Below, in pieces: positions 52,553 to 64,000 of a stretch of DNA of 64,000 nt. Positions within the stretch are counted from its first letter, which is position 1. Every line of letters starts with the position of its first letter. The notes beneath the pieces are model-generated. The model ran no database searches. It was given only the letters and a program-made list of their open reading frames with translations, and was not told the origin of the DNA. Source of the DNA: Eledone cirrhosa. Taxonomy: Eukaryota. Where the stretch lies: the NCBI GenBank assembly GCA_964016885.1, contig OZ024741.1, positions 213,776,001 through 213,840,000 of the forward strand, in the 5' to 3' direction. Both the position numbers and the translations under genes were made by a program.

Positions 52553-53364
52553 TGATAGATTGATAGAATATAGGGAGAAAGACAGAAACGGTCTAGACTG
52601 AAATGAAATATTGAAAACGGAAGACAAAATGAATAAAGTAGAATGAAAGATTTGTAGAAAAGCAATATGGAGTATTTTGAATCTGTTTCGTTTCGTTTTT
52701 CTTTCTTTGATTTTTCTTCTACCCTCTAAATTAGTCGTAAATGGTTCATCGTTTGCCCTTAGATTTAATTTGGTATATTTTATCTATACGTAGAAAAAAA
52801 AAAAATTCGAGCGGATCTTCGTCCGTTTCGACGACGAGTGTTCAGTTGTTCGACAAATGGAACAGCTTGCTCATGAAATTGATATGTCAATGGCTGAGCA
52901 TTCAAGAGAAATCTGATCTGATATTATTCCACGTTTATACACCGTTTAATGCCATAACGCCAAATACCTTGACACATTTCCAAGGTTTCTTTCCATTTGG
53001 GGGCAGATTTGACTTCTGTTTTTCGCAAGTTAATATATCTGGCTCTTCAAAATTTATATATATTTATATATATTTGGGGCGGGGAGTTGTGTACAAATCA
53101 ACTATCACCGAAATGATGCAAGTACTTTCTTGTTCCCTTTTTTCCTTCTATGATCCGATGAAGGAGTTTACCCGAAAAATTATAAATCGTTTTCCTCTGA
53201 CTTACACTTAAGCATTATCTTTCGTTTTCGCTTTGGTTTTTTTTCTTCTGTTTCTCTGTTACACGCACACGCACACGCACACGCATGCACACGCACACGC
53301 ATGCACACGCACGCACACACACACACGCGCGCGCACAGACACACACACGCACACACACACATAT

Positions 53365-53401
<37 letters not shown>

Positions 53402-53884
53402 TGTATATATATATATATATATTATGTATATGTATGTATATATATATAATATAAACTGCAGTTTCTGTTGTTTTAATCTAACCACGTAACTTACTGACAA
53501 TTGATTTTCGTGATATATATATATATTTTTAGACTAACGTCAAAATGTACAGAAAAACAAACAAAAAACAAAACAAAAACACTTAAACAAATAAATAAAA
53601 GGAACACTAAATAAAAGACATAGATCACGTGACTAAGTACTCGAAATGTGCGGAGTAAGGGGAGGTCACTTTTGAAGGCTTTAACAAATCATCGATACAC
53701 TATGGTTCAAAGATTACAAAGGAATCAATCACAAGCGTAGATTAGACATAAGCACGAATATTTCCCATCGCCATTTTATCGCATTCATCCCCAACACTCC
53801 TTTTCAGAGCAATTCGGTAGCCATATTTATGCAAACCTAATCAATAGACTCATCATCTCATGCTGTTGCTTTTGTTGTTGACGT

Positions 53885-53937
53885 GAGGGGTTGTTGTTAT
53901 TGTTGGTGTTGTTGTTGTTGGTGGTGGTGAGGTGTTG

Positions 53938-53975
<38 letters not shown>

Positions 53976-55010
53976 GGTAGTGAGGTGTTGTTGTTACTGT
54001 TGTTGTTGTTGTTGTTGTTGTTGGTGGTGGTGGTAGTGAGGTGTTGTTGTTACTGTTGTTGTTGTTGGTGGTGGTGGTAGTGGTGATGGTGGTGGTAGTG
54101 AGGTGTTGTTATTACTGTTGTTGTTGTTGGTGGTGGTGGTAGTGGTGGTGGTGGTGGTAGTGAGGTGTTGTTGTTACTGTTGTTGTTGGTGGTGGTGGTG
54201 GTAGTGGTGGTGGTGGTGGTGGTAGTGAGGTGTTGTTGTTACTGTTGTTGTTGTTGGTGGTGGTAGTGGTGGTGGTGGTGGTAGTGAGGTGTTGTTATTA
54301 CTGTTGTTGTTGTTGGTGGTGGTGGTAGTGGTGGTGGTGGTGGTAGTGGTGGTGGTGGTGGTAGTGAGGTGTTGTTATTACTGTTGTTGTTGTTGGTGGT
54401 GGTAGTGAGGTGTTGTTGTTACTGTTGTTGTTGTTGGTGGTGGTGGTAGTGGTGGTGGTAGTGAGGTGTTGTTATTACTGTTGTTGTTGTTGGTGGTGGT
54501 AGTGAGGTGTTGTTGTTACTGTTGTTGTTGTTGGTGGTGGTGGTAGTGGTGGTGGCGGTGGTAGTGAGGTGTTGTTGTTACTGTTGTTGTTGTTGGTGGT
54601 GGTAGTGAGGTGTTGTTGGTGACGGTGGGGTGTTGTTGTTGGTGATGGTGGTGGAGGTAGTGGTGGTCTTGTTGTTGGCGGCGGTAGTGAGGTGTTGTTG
54701 TTACTGTTGTTGGTGGTGGTGGAGGTAGTGACGTGTTACTGTTGTTGTTGGTGGTGGTGATGGTGGCGGCGGTAGTGAGGTGTTGTTGTTACTGGTGTGG
54801 GTGGTGGTGGAGATAGTGAGGTGTTACTGGTGTTGGTGGTGGTGGAGATAGTGAGGTGTTGTTGGTGATGTGGTGGCGGCGGTAGTGCGGTGTTGTTGTT
54901 ACTGGTGTTGGGGGTGGTAGAGATAGTGAGGTGTTGTTGGTGGTGGTGTGGTGGTGATGTGGTGGCGGCGGTAGTGCGGTGTTGTTGTTACTGTTGTTAT
55001 TGTTGTTACT
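53885..55010. repeat. (GTT/GGT) compound minisatellite anchored by AGTGAGGTGTTGTTGTTACT
   Basis: Many anchor copies with variable triplet runs. Confidence 0.92.
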
Positions 55011-55325
55011 ATTCTTTTATATATATATATATGTATTGTTTTGGGTGTACCTACTTGCTTTTTATTTATTTATTCATTTATTTCCTTTCTTTTAATCAAT
55101 CGAGTTGTCTGTTTATCTATTTATCATTGGAAAGTTCATCTATTTATCGATCTTGCACTCTATCTCTCCCTCCTTCTCATTATATCTCTTCATATCTACC
55201 TATCTATCTGTACAATTATCTAGTCCTCCATTTTTCATCTCTATTTTTTTCAAGATTGTCAATCAATATATATATCCATTTATCTGACATATAGATGGAT
55301 TGACCGGCAGATAGATAGATAGATG

Positions 55326-55396
<71 letters not shown>

Positions 55397-55427
55397 TGAT
55401 AGATAGATAGATAGATAGATAGATATA

Positions 55428-58400
55428 TTTCTTTATTAGCCACAGGGGCACAAAAGAAGGGGACAAATACAAAGGGGGAAGTTTACATACAATAAAAACG
55501 TGTAAAATGTTATCACAGATGGAATTTAAAAGTTAGTCGATTTTCCCCAATAGAGGGAGACAGTTTATATGGGTAACACATACCCCCGAAAAAATGTGCA
55601 ACCCTCATCTCCAGGAGTACGAAGAGCTTGTACTCCTTTCCTCTCCTCCTCCTTTTCCTCAATCTACAGGCTGATATAGAGAGAAGGCCCATTCACTCGG
55701 GCCATTCTCGCCACTTTCACCCACCTTTCATAAAACTTGCTGCGGTACAGCACCTCTCTCTCCATCCTGATTCTTCTTCCAAAGTGGTATTTGAAAAAAA
55801 GAATCAGTTGTTGGCCGGAGAGAAAGGTGTCTGACCTCAGCCCTTTCAACCTTGTCCACCATACAACCTCTTTCGCCATAGCTATCACACAAAGGAAAAC
55901 CGCCTCTCCTTCGTTTTTGAAGGAGGGTGGCGGTTTGATCATGACAATGGACTCGGTGGTCAACTGGATTGGTCCCACCCGCGACAATAGTCGTTCTACA
56001 TATCCCCACAGGTCAGTGACGCCCGGGCAGTGTATGAATGCGTGCGCGACGGTTTCTTCGTCTCGCACGCACCTCGGACAGATCTTTTTTGCAGGGTCCC
56101 TGCCCGGGTGCCCATGTCTGTAGAGCTTGTCTCGAACTGGTAGAGCTCCTCGGTAGCACTGCCAGGCCAGGGACTTTTGGAAGTTATCCATCGGTCCCGG
56201 GCGGAAGGTCCTACCGAACAGACTGGCCAGTTCATCTTCCTCCACGCCTAGAGTTTCACCGAGCGCGTCGTCGCACTTGCTGCGGACCAACCCTCTATAG
56301 AATGACGAAGTGGAGTCTCCACTGATCGCCGGGTCCGCCTGCCAGAGGGCTGTGAGCGCCTGAGCACATTCGATGTGCCAGTCGCCCATTTTCCTCGGTC
56401 TCTGCTTGACCCAGGACTGCAGCTCGGTCAGCGAGACGAGTCGTGGGAAGGCTCGCCTCACGAACGGGGCCCACACCGGTTGTCCGGTGAGGAATACGTA
56501 GAGATGCCGCAGCCTGAGCGCGTGTTTGCGCATCGTCAACCACGGCATCCCCAGCCCTCCGTTAGAAGGGTGTTGGCAGCAGATGGATCTTCTTACCAAA
56601 GGAGCCCGCCTCTTCCAAAGGAATCGGAAGAGGGCGCGCTCCATTTTGGCGAGCGTTTTGGCTGGACAAGGCACGACGGTCAAGCGGTAGTAGATGGCGG
56701 ACGCTATAAAAGTGTTCGCCACCTCCGCTCGACCTTTCAAGGATAGTTTGCACTCGGCCCACTTCTGGGTGAGTGCAAACACCTTGGCCGTCACTTCGTT
56801 CCAGTTCTTCTCCACCTGGAGGTCCGGACCAAACCAGACCCCGAGCAGCTTTACCGGTCCTTCCGTCCAGCGTCCGACGACGCCATCGGAAGGCATCGGT
56901 CTGCCTCTCCACGATCCGAGTTGCAAACCGATGGACTTGTCCCGGTTCAGCTTCGCTCCTGTGAGACTTTCGTATTCCTTTAGTAAGGTGCCGACTTCCT
57001 CGATTTGCGAGGCGCTCGACACCATTACTGTCACGTCGTCGGCGTAGGCCGACGCCGCTTTCCGCAGTCCCGGTTCCAGAGGGATGCCCTGCAATAGCTC
57101 CAGCTTCCGCAGTAGTGGCTCGAGAGTCAGTACGTACAGAAGGGAGGAGAGAGGGCATCCCTGTCGAATGGATCGCGTAATATGGAACGGCTCCGAGAGG
57201 TAACCGTTCACCTTGACCCTTGAGCAGATGTTGCTGTTGTGCATTGCAGCAATCCAGCCCCTGAACACGGGTCCGAAGCCTGCCGCCTCGAGCACCGCAT
57301 CCAGGTAACGATGGTCAACCCTATCGAAAGCCTTAGACTGATCCAAGTTGATCAGGGCCCCACCGAAGCCGGGTTTACACCCTACCCTCTCTATGATGTA
57401 TCGCATGAGGTGGAGTTTGTCGTGTATGGACCTGGTCGGGATCGCGCATGTCTGCGCTTCTCCCACCAGGTTCTCGACGACAAGCGCCAGCCTCTTTGCC
57501 AACACCTTGGCCAAAATCTGTAACTCTGTGTTTAGCAGAGTTATGGGCCGGAAGTTGCCTATGTCATCCCCCTTATTCTCGTCCTTCCTGATTAGTGTGA
57601 CCACGCCCCCGGTTACAGAATTGGGAATTCTCCCGTTCTGTTGCCAGTTGCAGTAGACCGCTTCCAGGAGACCGGAGAATAAGTCCGGCATTGCTACGTA
57701 AAATTCGTAGGGTAGACCGTCGAGACCTGGAGATTTGCGTTTGCCGCATTGGCTCAGCGCGTCCCCTATCTCAGTGGCTGAAATCGGCTTTTCGCAGAAC
57801 TTCGCCTCGCTGTCCGAGAGTCGCGGTAGGCCGTCGAGGTATGGACCGAAATCCATAGCCTCTCCCGGCGCGCCGCTCCCCCCGAACAGCCGAGCAAAGT
57901 GCCGCTGAAAAGCCGCACACATCTGCTTCGGCTCACGTATCACGCGTCCGTTTTGGTCCTTCAAAGACCGAATCGTGGACTTGTTGCCACTTTTTGCCTC
58001 CGTCACTCGGGCCCAGCTAACAGCTTTGGCTCCCTCGTTTCCCAGAGCACGTATTTTGCTTCTGACAACGCAGCCCTCGTGCTTTGCGTCGAAGAACTGG
58101 TCCAAGGCCGTTCTCGTTGCTAGCACGCTGGCTACGTTGCCACTTCTAATAGCCTCTTCTACTTTATCTACCAGTTCCTTCTCGGTTCTATTTCTATCTA
58201 ACGCTAATTCTTTACTAAAAACTATCGAGTCTAATCTAACTGCCCTCTTGAGAGAGTACCACCATCTGTTGTTGACAATGGCCCCTGTCAAGTGCTGTTT
58301 AACTAAAGTGCTAATCCGTCTACTGTAGGCTTTGCTTGTCGGTAACGACAAGTTCAGCTTCCAGTAGCCGGGTCCTTGTCTATGGGTTCTATCAAGGTTG

Positions 58401-58558
58401 GCCATGCAGGTCACTAGTTTGTGATCTGAATAGGCAACCATGAACATTTGTGGACAGCTTAACATGTCCCTATCCTTATTTCTAACTAGAACCCTATCTA
58501 GGTACGATCTAGATGTTCCGCTACGATTACTCCACGTCCACAGTGGCGCAGTCGGAAA

Positions 58559-58559
<1 letters not shown>
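55428..58559 (-). mobile_element. 5'-truncated Tx1-type LINE with open ORF2 remainder (55664-58465, 933 aa)
   Basis: RT motifs incl. YADD and zinc knuckle; truncated within APE; GATA arrays on both sides. Confidence 0.95.
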
Positions 58560-58600
<41 letters not shown>

Positions 58601-58699
58601 TGATAGATAGATAGATAGATTGATAGATGGATAGAAGAATAAGTAGATAGATAGATTGAAGGACAGACAGACCGATAGATAGGCAGATAGATAGATACA

Positions 58700-58925
58700 T
58701 ATATTGGTTTCTTATATAGGCACAAGGCCAGAAATTTGGGGGGAGGGGAAAATCGATTAAATCGACCCCAGTCCAGTGCATTACTGGTACTTTATTTTAT
58801 CGACCTCGTAAGGATGAAAGGCAAAGTTAACCTCGGCTGGATTTGAACTCAGATCATAAAGGGCCGTAACTCTATGCTTCAAAGCATGGTGTCCGACCCT
58901 CTACGGATACTGCCAATCCACCGCC
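58700..58925 (-). mobile_element. Nin-domain SINE
   Basis: GGTACTTTATTTTATCGACC..GGATGAAAGGC..GGATTTGAACTC..TGCCAATCCACCGCC. Confidence 0.85.
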
Positions 58926-58985
58926 CTGAGATAGATAGATTCATATATTGAAAGACAGACAGTCACAGGCAGATAGATAGATATG

Positions 58986-61900
58986 TTTCTTTTATTTGCC
59001 ACCAGGGCATCAAAAGTGGGACAAGTACAATGGGGGGAGTTTACAAAACAAGGCGTCCTCAATAAGGAGGAGGCAATAACAATATATAAAAATAAAATAA
59101 AATATAACAAAAAATAAAATTTATAACAAAGTCCTCAATAGAGAGGGGGCGCCTTGGGGGGTCGCACACACCCCCGAAAAAAGTGTGCAACCCTTCTCCT
59201 CAGGAGCACAGAGAAGGGGTGCTCCCTTGGTCTTTCATCTTCCTCACCTATAGTCTGATGTAGAGTGAAGGCCCATTCACACGGGCCATTCTCGCCACTT
59301 TCACCCATCTTTCATAGAAACGGCTGGGGTGCAGCACCTCTCTCTCCATCCTGATCCTTCTTCCGAAATGATATCGGAAGAAACGGACCAGTTGTTGGCC
59401 AGAGAGAAAGGTGCCTGACCTCAGTCCTTTCAGACGCGTCCACCATACAACCTCTTTCGCCATGGCTATTACGCACAGAAACACCGCCTCTGCTTCATCT
59501 TTGAAGGGGGGAGGCGGCTTGATCATTACAATAGACTCGGTGGTCAACCGGATCGGTCCCACCCTTGACAGCAGTTGTTCGACATAGCCCCACAGATCGG
59601 CTACGCCCGAGCAGTGTACCAATGCGTGTGCAACGGTTTCCTCGTCGCACACGCATCTGGGACAGATCTTTTTGGCGGGGTCCCTACCCGGACGCCCGTG
59701 TCTGTAGAGCCTTTCTCGAACGGGTAAAGCTCCTCGGTAGCACTGCCAGGCCAGGGACTTCTGGAAGTTGTCCATAGGTCCCGGGCTGAATGTCCTACCG
59801 AACAGGCCGGCCAGTTCGTCCTCCTCCATGTCTAGGGCTTCTCCAAGGGCGTCGTCGCACCTGCTGCGTAGCAGCCCTCTATAGAATGTTGCGGTGGAGT
59901 CTCCACTGATAACCGGATCCGCCTGCCAGAGGGCGGTGAGCGCCTGGGCACACTCAGTGTGCCAGGCGCCCAGTTTTCTCGGTCTTTGCTTGACCCAGGA
60001 TTGCAGCTCGGTGAGTGAGACGAGTCTGGGAAAGGTTCGTCTCACAAACGAGGCCCACACCGGTTGTCCGGTGAGGAATACGTAGAGGTGCCGTAGCCTT
60101 AATGCGTGTTTACGCATCATTAGCCACGGCATCCCCAGCCCTCCTTTCGAAGGGTGTTGACAGCAGATGGATCTCCTCACCATAGGAGCCCGCCTCTTCC
60201 AAAGGAATTGGAAGAGCGCGCGCTCCATCTTGGTGAGGGTTTCCTTGGGCAGGGCACTACGGTCAGGCGGTAGTAGATGACGGACGCTATGTAGGTGTTC
60301 GCCACCTCCGCCCGACCTTTCAGGGATAGTTTGCAACTGGCCCACTTCTGGGTCAGTGCAAACACCCTGTTCGTAACCTCCGCCCAGTTTTTCTCCACCT
60401 GGAGGTCCGGTCCGAACCAGACCCCGAGCAACTTCACCGGGCCCTCCGTCCAGCGTCCGACGACGCCATCGGAGGGCATCGGTCTGCCCCTCCACGTGCC
60501 GAGTTGCAAACCGATCGACTTGTCCCGGTTCAGCTTAGCCCCTGTGAACTTTTCGTACTCCTCCAGTAAGGTGCCGACCGCCTCGATTTCGGAGGCCGTC
60601 GACACCATTACTGTCACGTCATCGGCGTAGGCCGACACCGCTTTCCGCAATCCCGGTTCCAAAGGGATGCCCTGCAACAACTCCAACTTCCGCAGTAGTG
60701 GCTCGAGAGTCAACACATACAGAAGGGAGGAGAGAGGGCACCCTTGTCGGATGGACCGCGCGATTTTGAACGGCTCCGAGAGGTAGCCGTTCACCTTGAC
60801 CCTAGAGCAGATGCGGCTGCTGTGCATAGCAGTGATCCAGCCCCTGAAAACGGGTCCGAAGCCTGCCGCCGCTAGCACCGCATCCAGGTAACCATGGTCG
60901 ACCCTATCGAACGCCTTAGATTGATCCAAGTTGATCAGAGCCCCACCAAAGCCGGGTCGTTCCCAACCCTCTCTATGATGTATCGCATGAGGTGGAGGTT
61001 GTCATGGATGGACCTGGACGGGATAGCGCATGTCTGCGCATCTCCCACCAGGTTGCCCACGACAAGCGCCAACCTCTTTGCTAGCACCTTGGCCAAAATC
61101 TGTAACTCTGTATTTAGCAGAGTTATGGGCCTGAAGTTACTTATTTCGTCCCCCTTGTTCTCGTCCTTCCTCACTAGCGTGACTACGCCCTTGGTCACAG
61201 TACAGGGAATTCTCCCGTTCTGTTGCCAGTTGCAGTAGACCGCCTCGAGGAGATCGGGGAACAAGTCCGGCATAGCTAGATATAATTAGTAAGGAAGACC
61301 ATCGGGACCCGGGGATTTGCGTTTGCCGCATTGGCTCAGCACGTCCTCTATCTCAGCGGCCGAAATCGGCTCCTCGCAGGACTTCGCCTCCCTGTCCGAG
61401 AGGCGCGGCAGGCCGTCGAGGTATGGACCGAAGTCCACGTTCCCAACCGGCTCCCCCCCCCCCCCCGAACAGTCGGGCAAAGAGCCTTTGAAAGGCCTCA
61501 CACATCTGCTTAGGCTCAAGAATCGCCCGTCCATCCAGGTCTCGCAAAGACCGGATGGTGGATTTAGTTCCACTGTTGGCCTCTGTCACGCGGGCCCAGC
61601 TAACAGCTTTGGTCTCCTCGTTCCCTAGAGCACGTATTTTACTTCGGACAACGCAGCCTTCGTGCTTCGCGTCGAAAAACTGGCTCAAAGCCGTTCTCGA
61701 CGCTAGCACTCTGGCCACGTCGCCGCTTCTAATTGCCTCTTCTACTCTATCTATTAGCTCCCTTTCCTTCCTATTCCTATCCGCAGCTAGAACCTTACTA
61801 AATTCTATCGAGACTACTCTAATCTCTCTCTTTAGAGATACCCACCACCTGCTGTTGACGATCGCTCCAGTCAACCGTTCCTTAACTAACGTACTAATCC

Positions 61901-62440
61901 GATTCCTGTAGGCTCTACTTGCCGGCAAGGACAAGTTGAGCTTCCAGTAACCGGGGCCCTGTCTATGAGTTCTGTCAAGGTTGACCATGCAGGTCACTAA
62001 TTTGTGGTCTGAATAGCCAACCATGCGCATTTTTGGACAACTTAAAAAGTCCTTATCCTTAATTCTAACTAAGAACCTATCTAGGTACGACCTAGATGAT
62101 CCGCTACGATTTGCCCAAGTCCAGGTTGGCGCAGTCGGAAAATCTAGTCGATATCTATCGGCCAGGTCAAATCGACCGATTAACCCTTTGAGGCTATTAC
62201 ACCCCTCTCTATCGGGGCAGGCCCCTACGTAGTCCCAGCGTGCATCTAGGATACCATTCCAGTCCCCCACTAATAGCAAGGAGCGGGACGTCCCTAGAAA
62301 AGTCTCCAGACGATGGAAGAAGTCCGGCCGCATTGACCCGAAAGGGCCGTAGGCGGCTACCAACCTAAACGCTCCGCCTTTACCACTGCCAAGGTCCAGA
62401 ACCACTAGTCGACCCTCCGGGTCCAAATGTACCATCTGTG
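58986..62440 (-). mobile_element. 5'-truncated Tx1-type LINE, ORF2 with several frameshifts
   Basis: ORF pieces 61353-62516, 61286-61573, 60935-61273, 60177-60929 and 59248-60495 align consecutively to ORF2; GATA flanks. Confidence 0.95.
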
Positions 62441-62443
62441 TTG

Positions 62444-62489
<46 letters not shown>

Positions 62490-63220
62490 ACAAGCGGCTT
62501 GTCGCTCTTTAGCCACAAAATCAATGTTTTGGTACTACTACTTCTACTACTTCTTGGTTATCTTCATCCTTGGCTAATCAATCAAACTAGATGTCTATCT
62601 ATCCAGTTATCACCTAGCAATCTCTCTCTATATTTATCGACCAAAGCGATCGCTCGCTCGCTCATACACTTCTTTTGATCTCGTTGGTTTCTCCGACCGC
62701 ATGTCTTTATATATACATATATAAATATACATACAGCCGTTTTGTGTATGGATGCATGTATGTGTTTCGGGAACGTAACATTACGCTTACATTTGATGGT
62801 GTATTTATTTGGTATCTCTTGACCGTGCATGTAACCATTCTCAACGTCAGTGTCAAATCCAATCTAAATATATCCTAAACTAGTTCACTTTCGCCATGTT
62901 TAGGCTGACCAATAAGCGGAGAGTTAGGGCTTGTAGTCGTTCCACTTCTATAGGAAGTATCACCGCGGGTGACCGGGGACTAAACAACACAGAATCAACT
63001 ATAAAGTTTGAAAAATAGTCAGACAAAATTTATCCAATACTTTTCTCCTTAGTCCGTAGAAATCAACCAGATAAATAATCATTTAAATGCAGCTAAGTTT
63101 AAAATGTAAGCTTGAAGAAAAATATAATAGAGATAAACATTACCAAAAATTCTCCCAGTCCCAATTATCGATAGTTTCGCTCGTACTTTGTGGAAATGTC
63201 TAATCGTTGCATTATCCACG

Positions 63221-63287
<67 letters not shown>

Positions 63288-63288
63288 C

Positions 63289-63399
<111 letters not shown>

Positions 63400-63521
63400 T
63401 GAGTGAGTGTGTGTGTGTATGTGTGTGCACGCGAGTAAAAGGTAAAAAGAGATAAGAAAGCAGACAACATGGAACAATGAAGAAACATATTAGTTTAACG
63501 CTTGAAATAATAGGAAACGAG

Positions 63522-63558
63522 TTATACCGTTTCGAACACGAGTCCTTCATCAGAAGAG
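63522..63558 (-). ncRNA. Degenerate minimal HHR-like motif (PLE terminus)
   Basis: CUGAUGA-A-GGAC(UCGU)GUUC-GAAA-CGG-UA; stem I poor. Confidence 0.45.
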
Positions 63559-63744
63559 AGAAAATTAAAGAGTCAGATGAGTAAAAATACACATGTGTGT
63601 ATTCAGTCAGTTACAGTCCTATAGAATGTAGAAGCCATTTATATATATATATATATAATGAAAAATTGAACAGGGACAGAACAGAGAGGCAGTACGATAA
63701 ATGTTTATTAAATTCACGCTCAGGAGAGTGGGGGGTAGGTGGGG

Positions 63745-63779
63745 GACGACGTTTCGGGCATAAGCCCTTCTTCAGGTGA
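63745..63779 (-). ncRNA. Minimal HHR typical of PLE pLTRs
   Basis: AC-CUGAAGA-A-GGGC(UUAU)GCCC-GAAA-CG-UC-GU. Confidence 0.65.
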
Positions 63780-64000
63780 GGGTTCAAAAGGTGTGTAGGG
63801 GAGTGGTGGAGAGACATATAGCGAAAGGAAACGGTGCGAATGAAAAATTAACAAATAAAGACAAAAATATAATAAATAATAATAATAAATAAAGCATGAT
63901 CAAAATACAAGGAATGAGAAAATTTAAAAATAAAGGCATGATCAAAATAAACTGAAATTAAAAGGGGGGTAAACAGGTGGTGGAAGGGTGTGGGGTGAGT

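Noticed and set aside
52741-53211. 156-aa ORF in non-repetitive DNA, with a nearby E-box at ~53625
   Set aside because: No recognisable domain; runs through poly-A and TA tracts; UTR or promoter status cannot be supported

Overview
AT-rich eukaryotic DNA saturated with microsatellites. The SINE types (tRNA-head Nin-domain and CORE SINEs) and repeat landscape suggest a cephalopod such as Octopus; this is inference. No host protein gene can be supported, and nearly all ORF-track entries are translated simple repeats. The real content is retroelements, each class tied to one microsatellite. (1) An R4/Dong-clade RLE LINE (4.6-8.85 kb) and a second related 3' fragment sit in (CATA)n. (2) Five Tx1-type L1-clade copies sit in (GATA)n, one full-length with intact ORF1 and ORF2 and a ~22-bp TSD. 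(3) Many Penelope-like element (PLE) remnants sit in (TA)n, typically as fold-back inverted repeats with a one-sided tail and minimal type I hammerhead ribozymes (HHR). The most striking feature is a 466-bp non-coding tandem array (16.77-20.42 kb, 7.4 apparently identical units). Each full unit carries a minimal hammerhead and an octamer motif, and the array ends like a PLE insertion. It is a candidate retrozyme copied from a circular or multimeric RNA. All RNA structures were folded by eye and coordinates of degenerate repeats are approximate.
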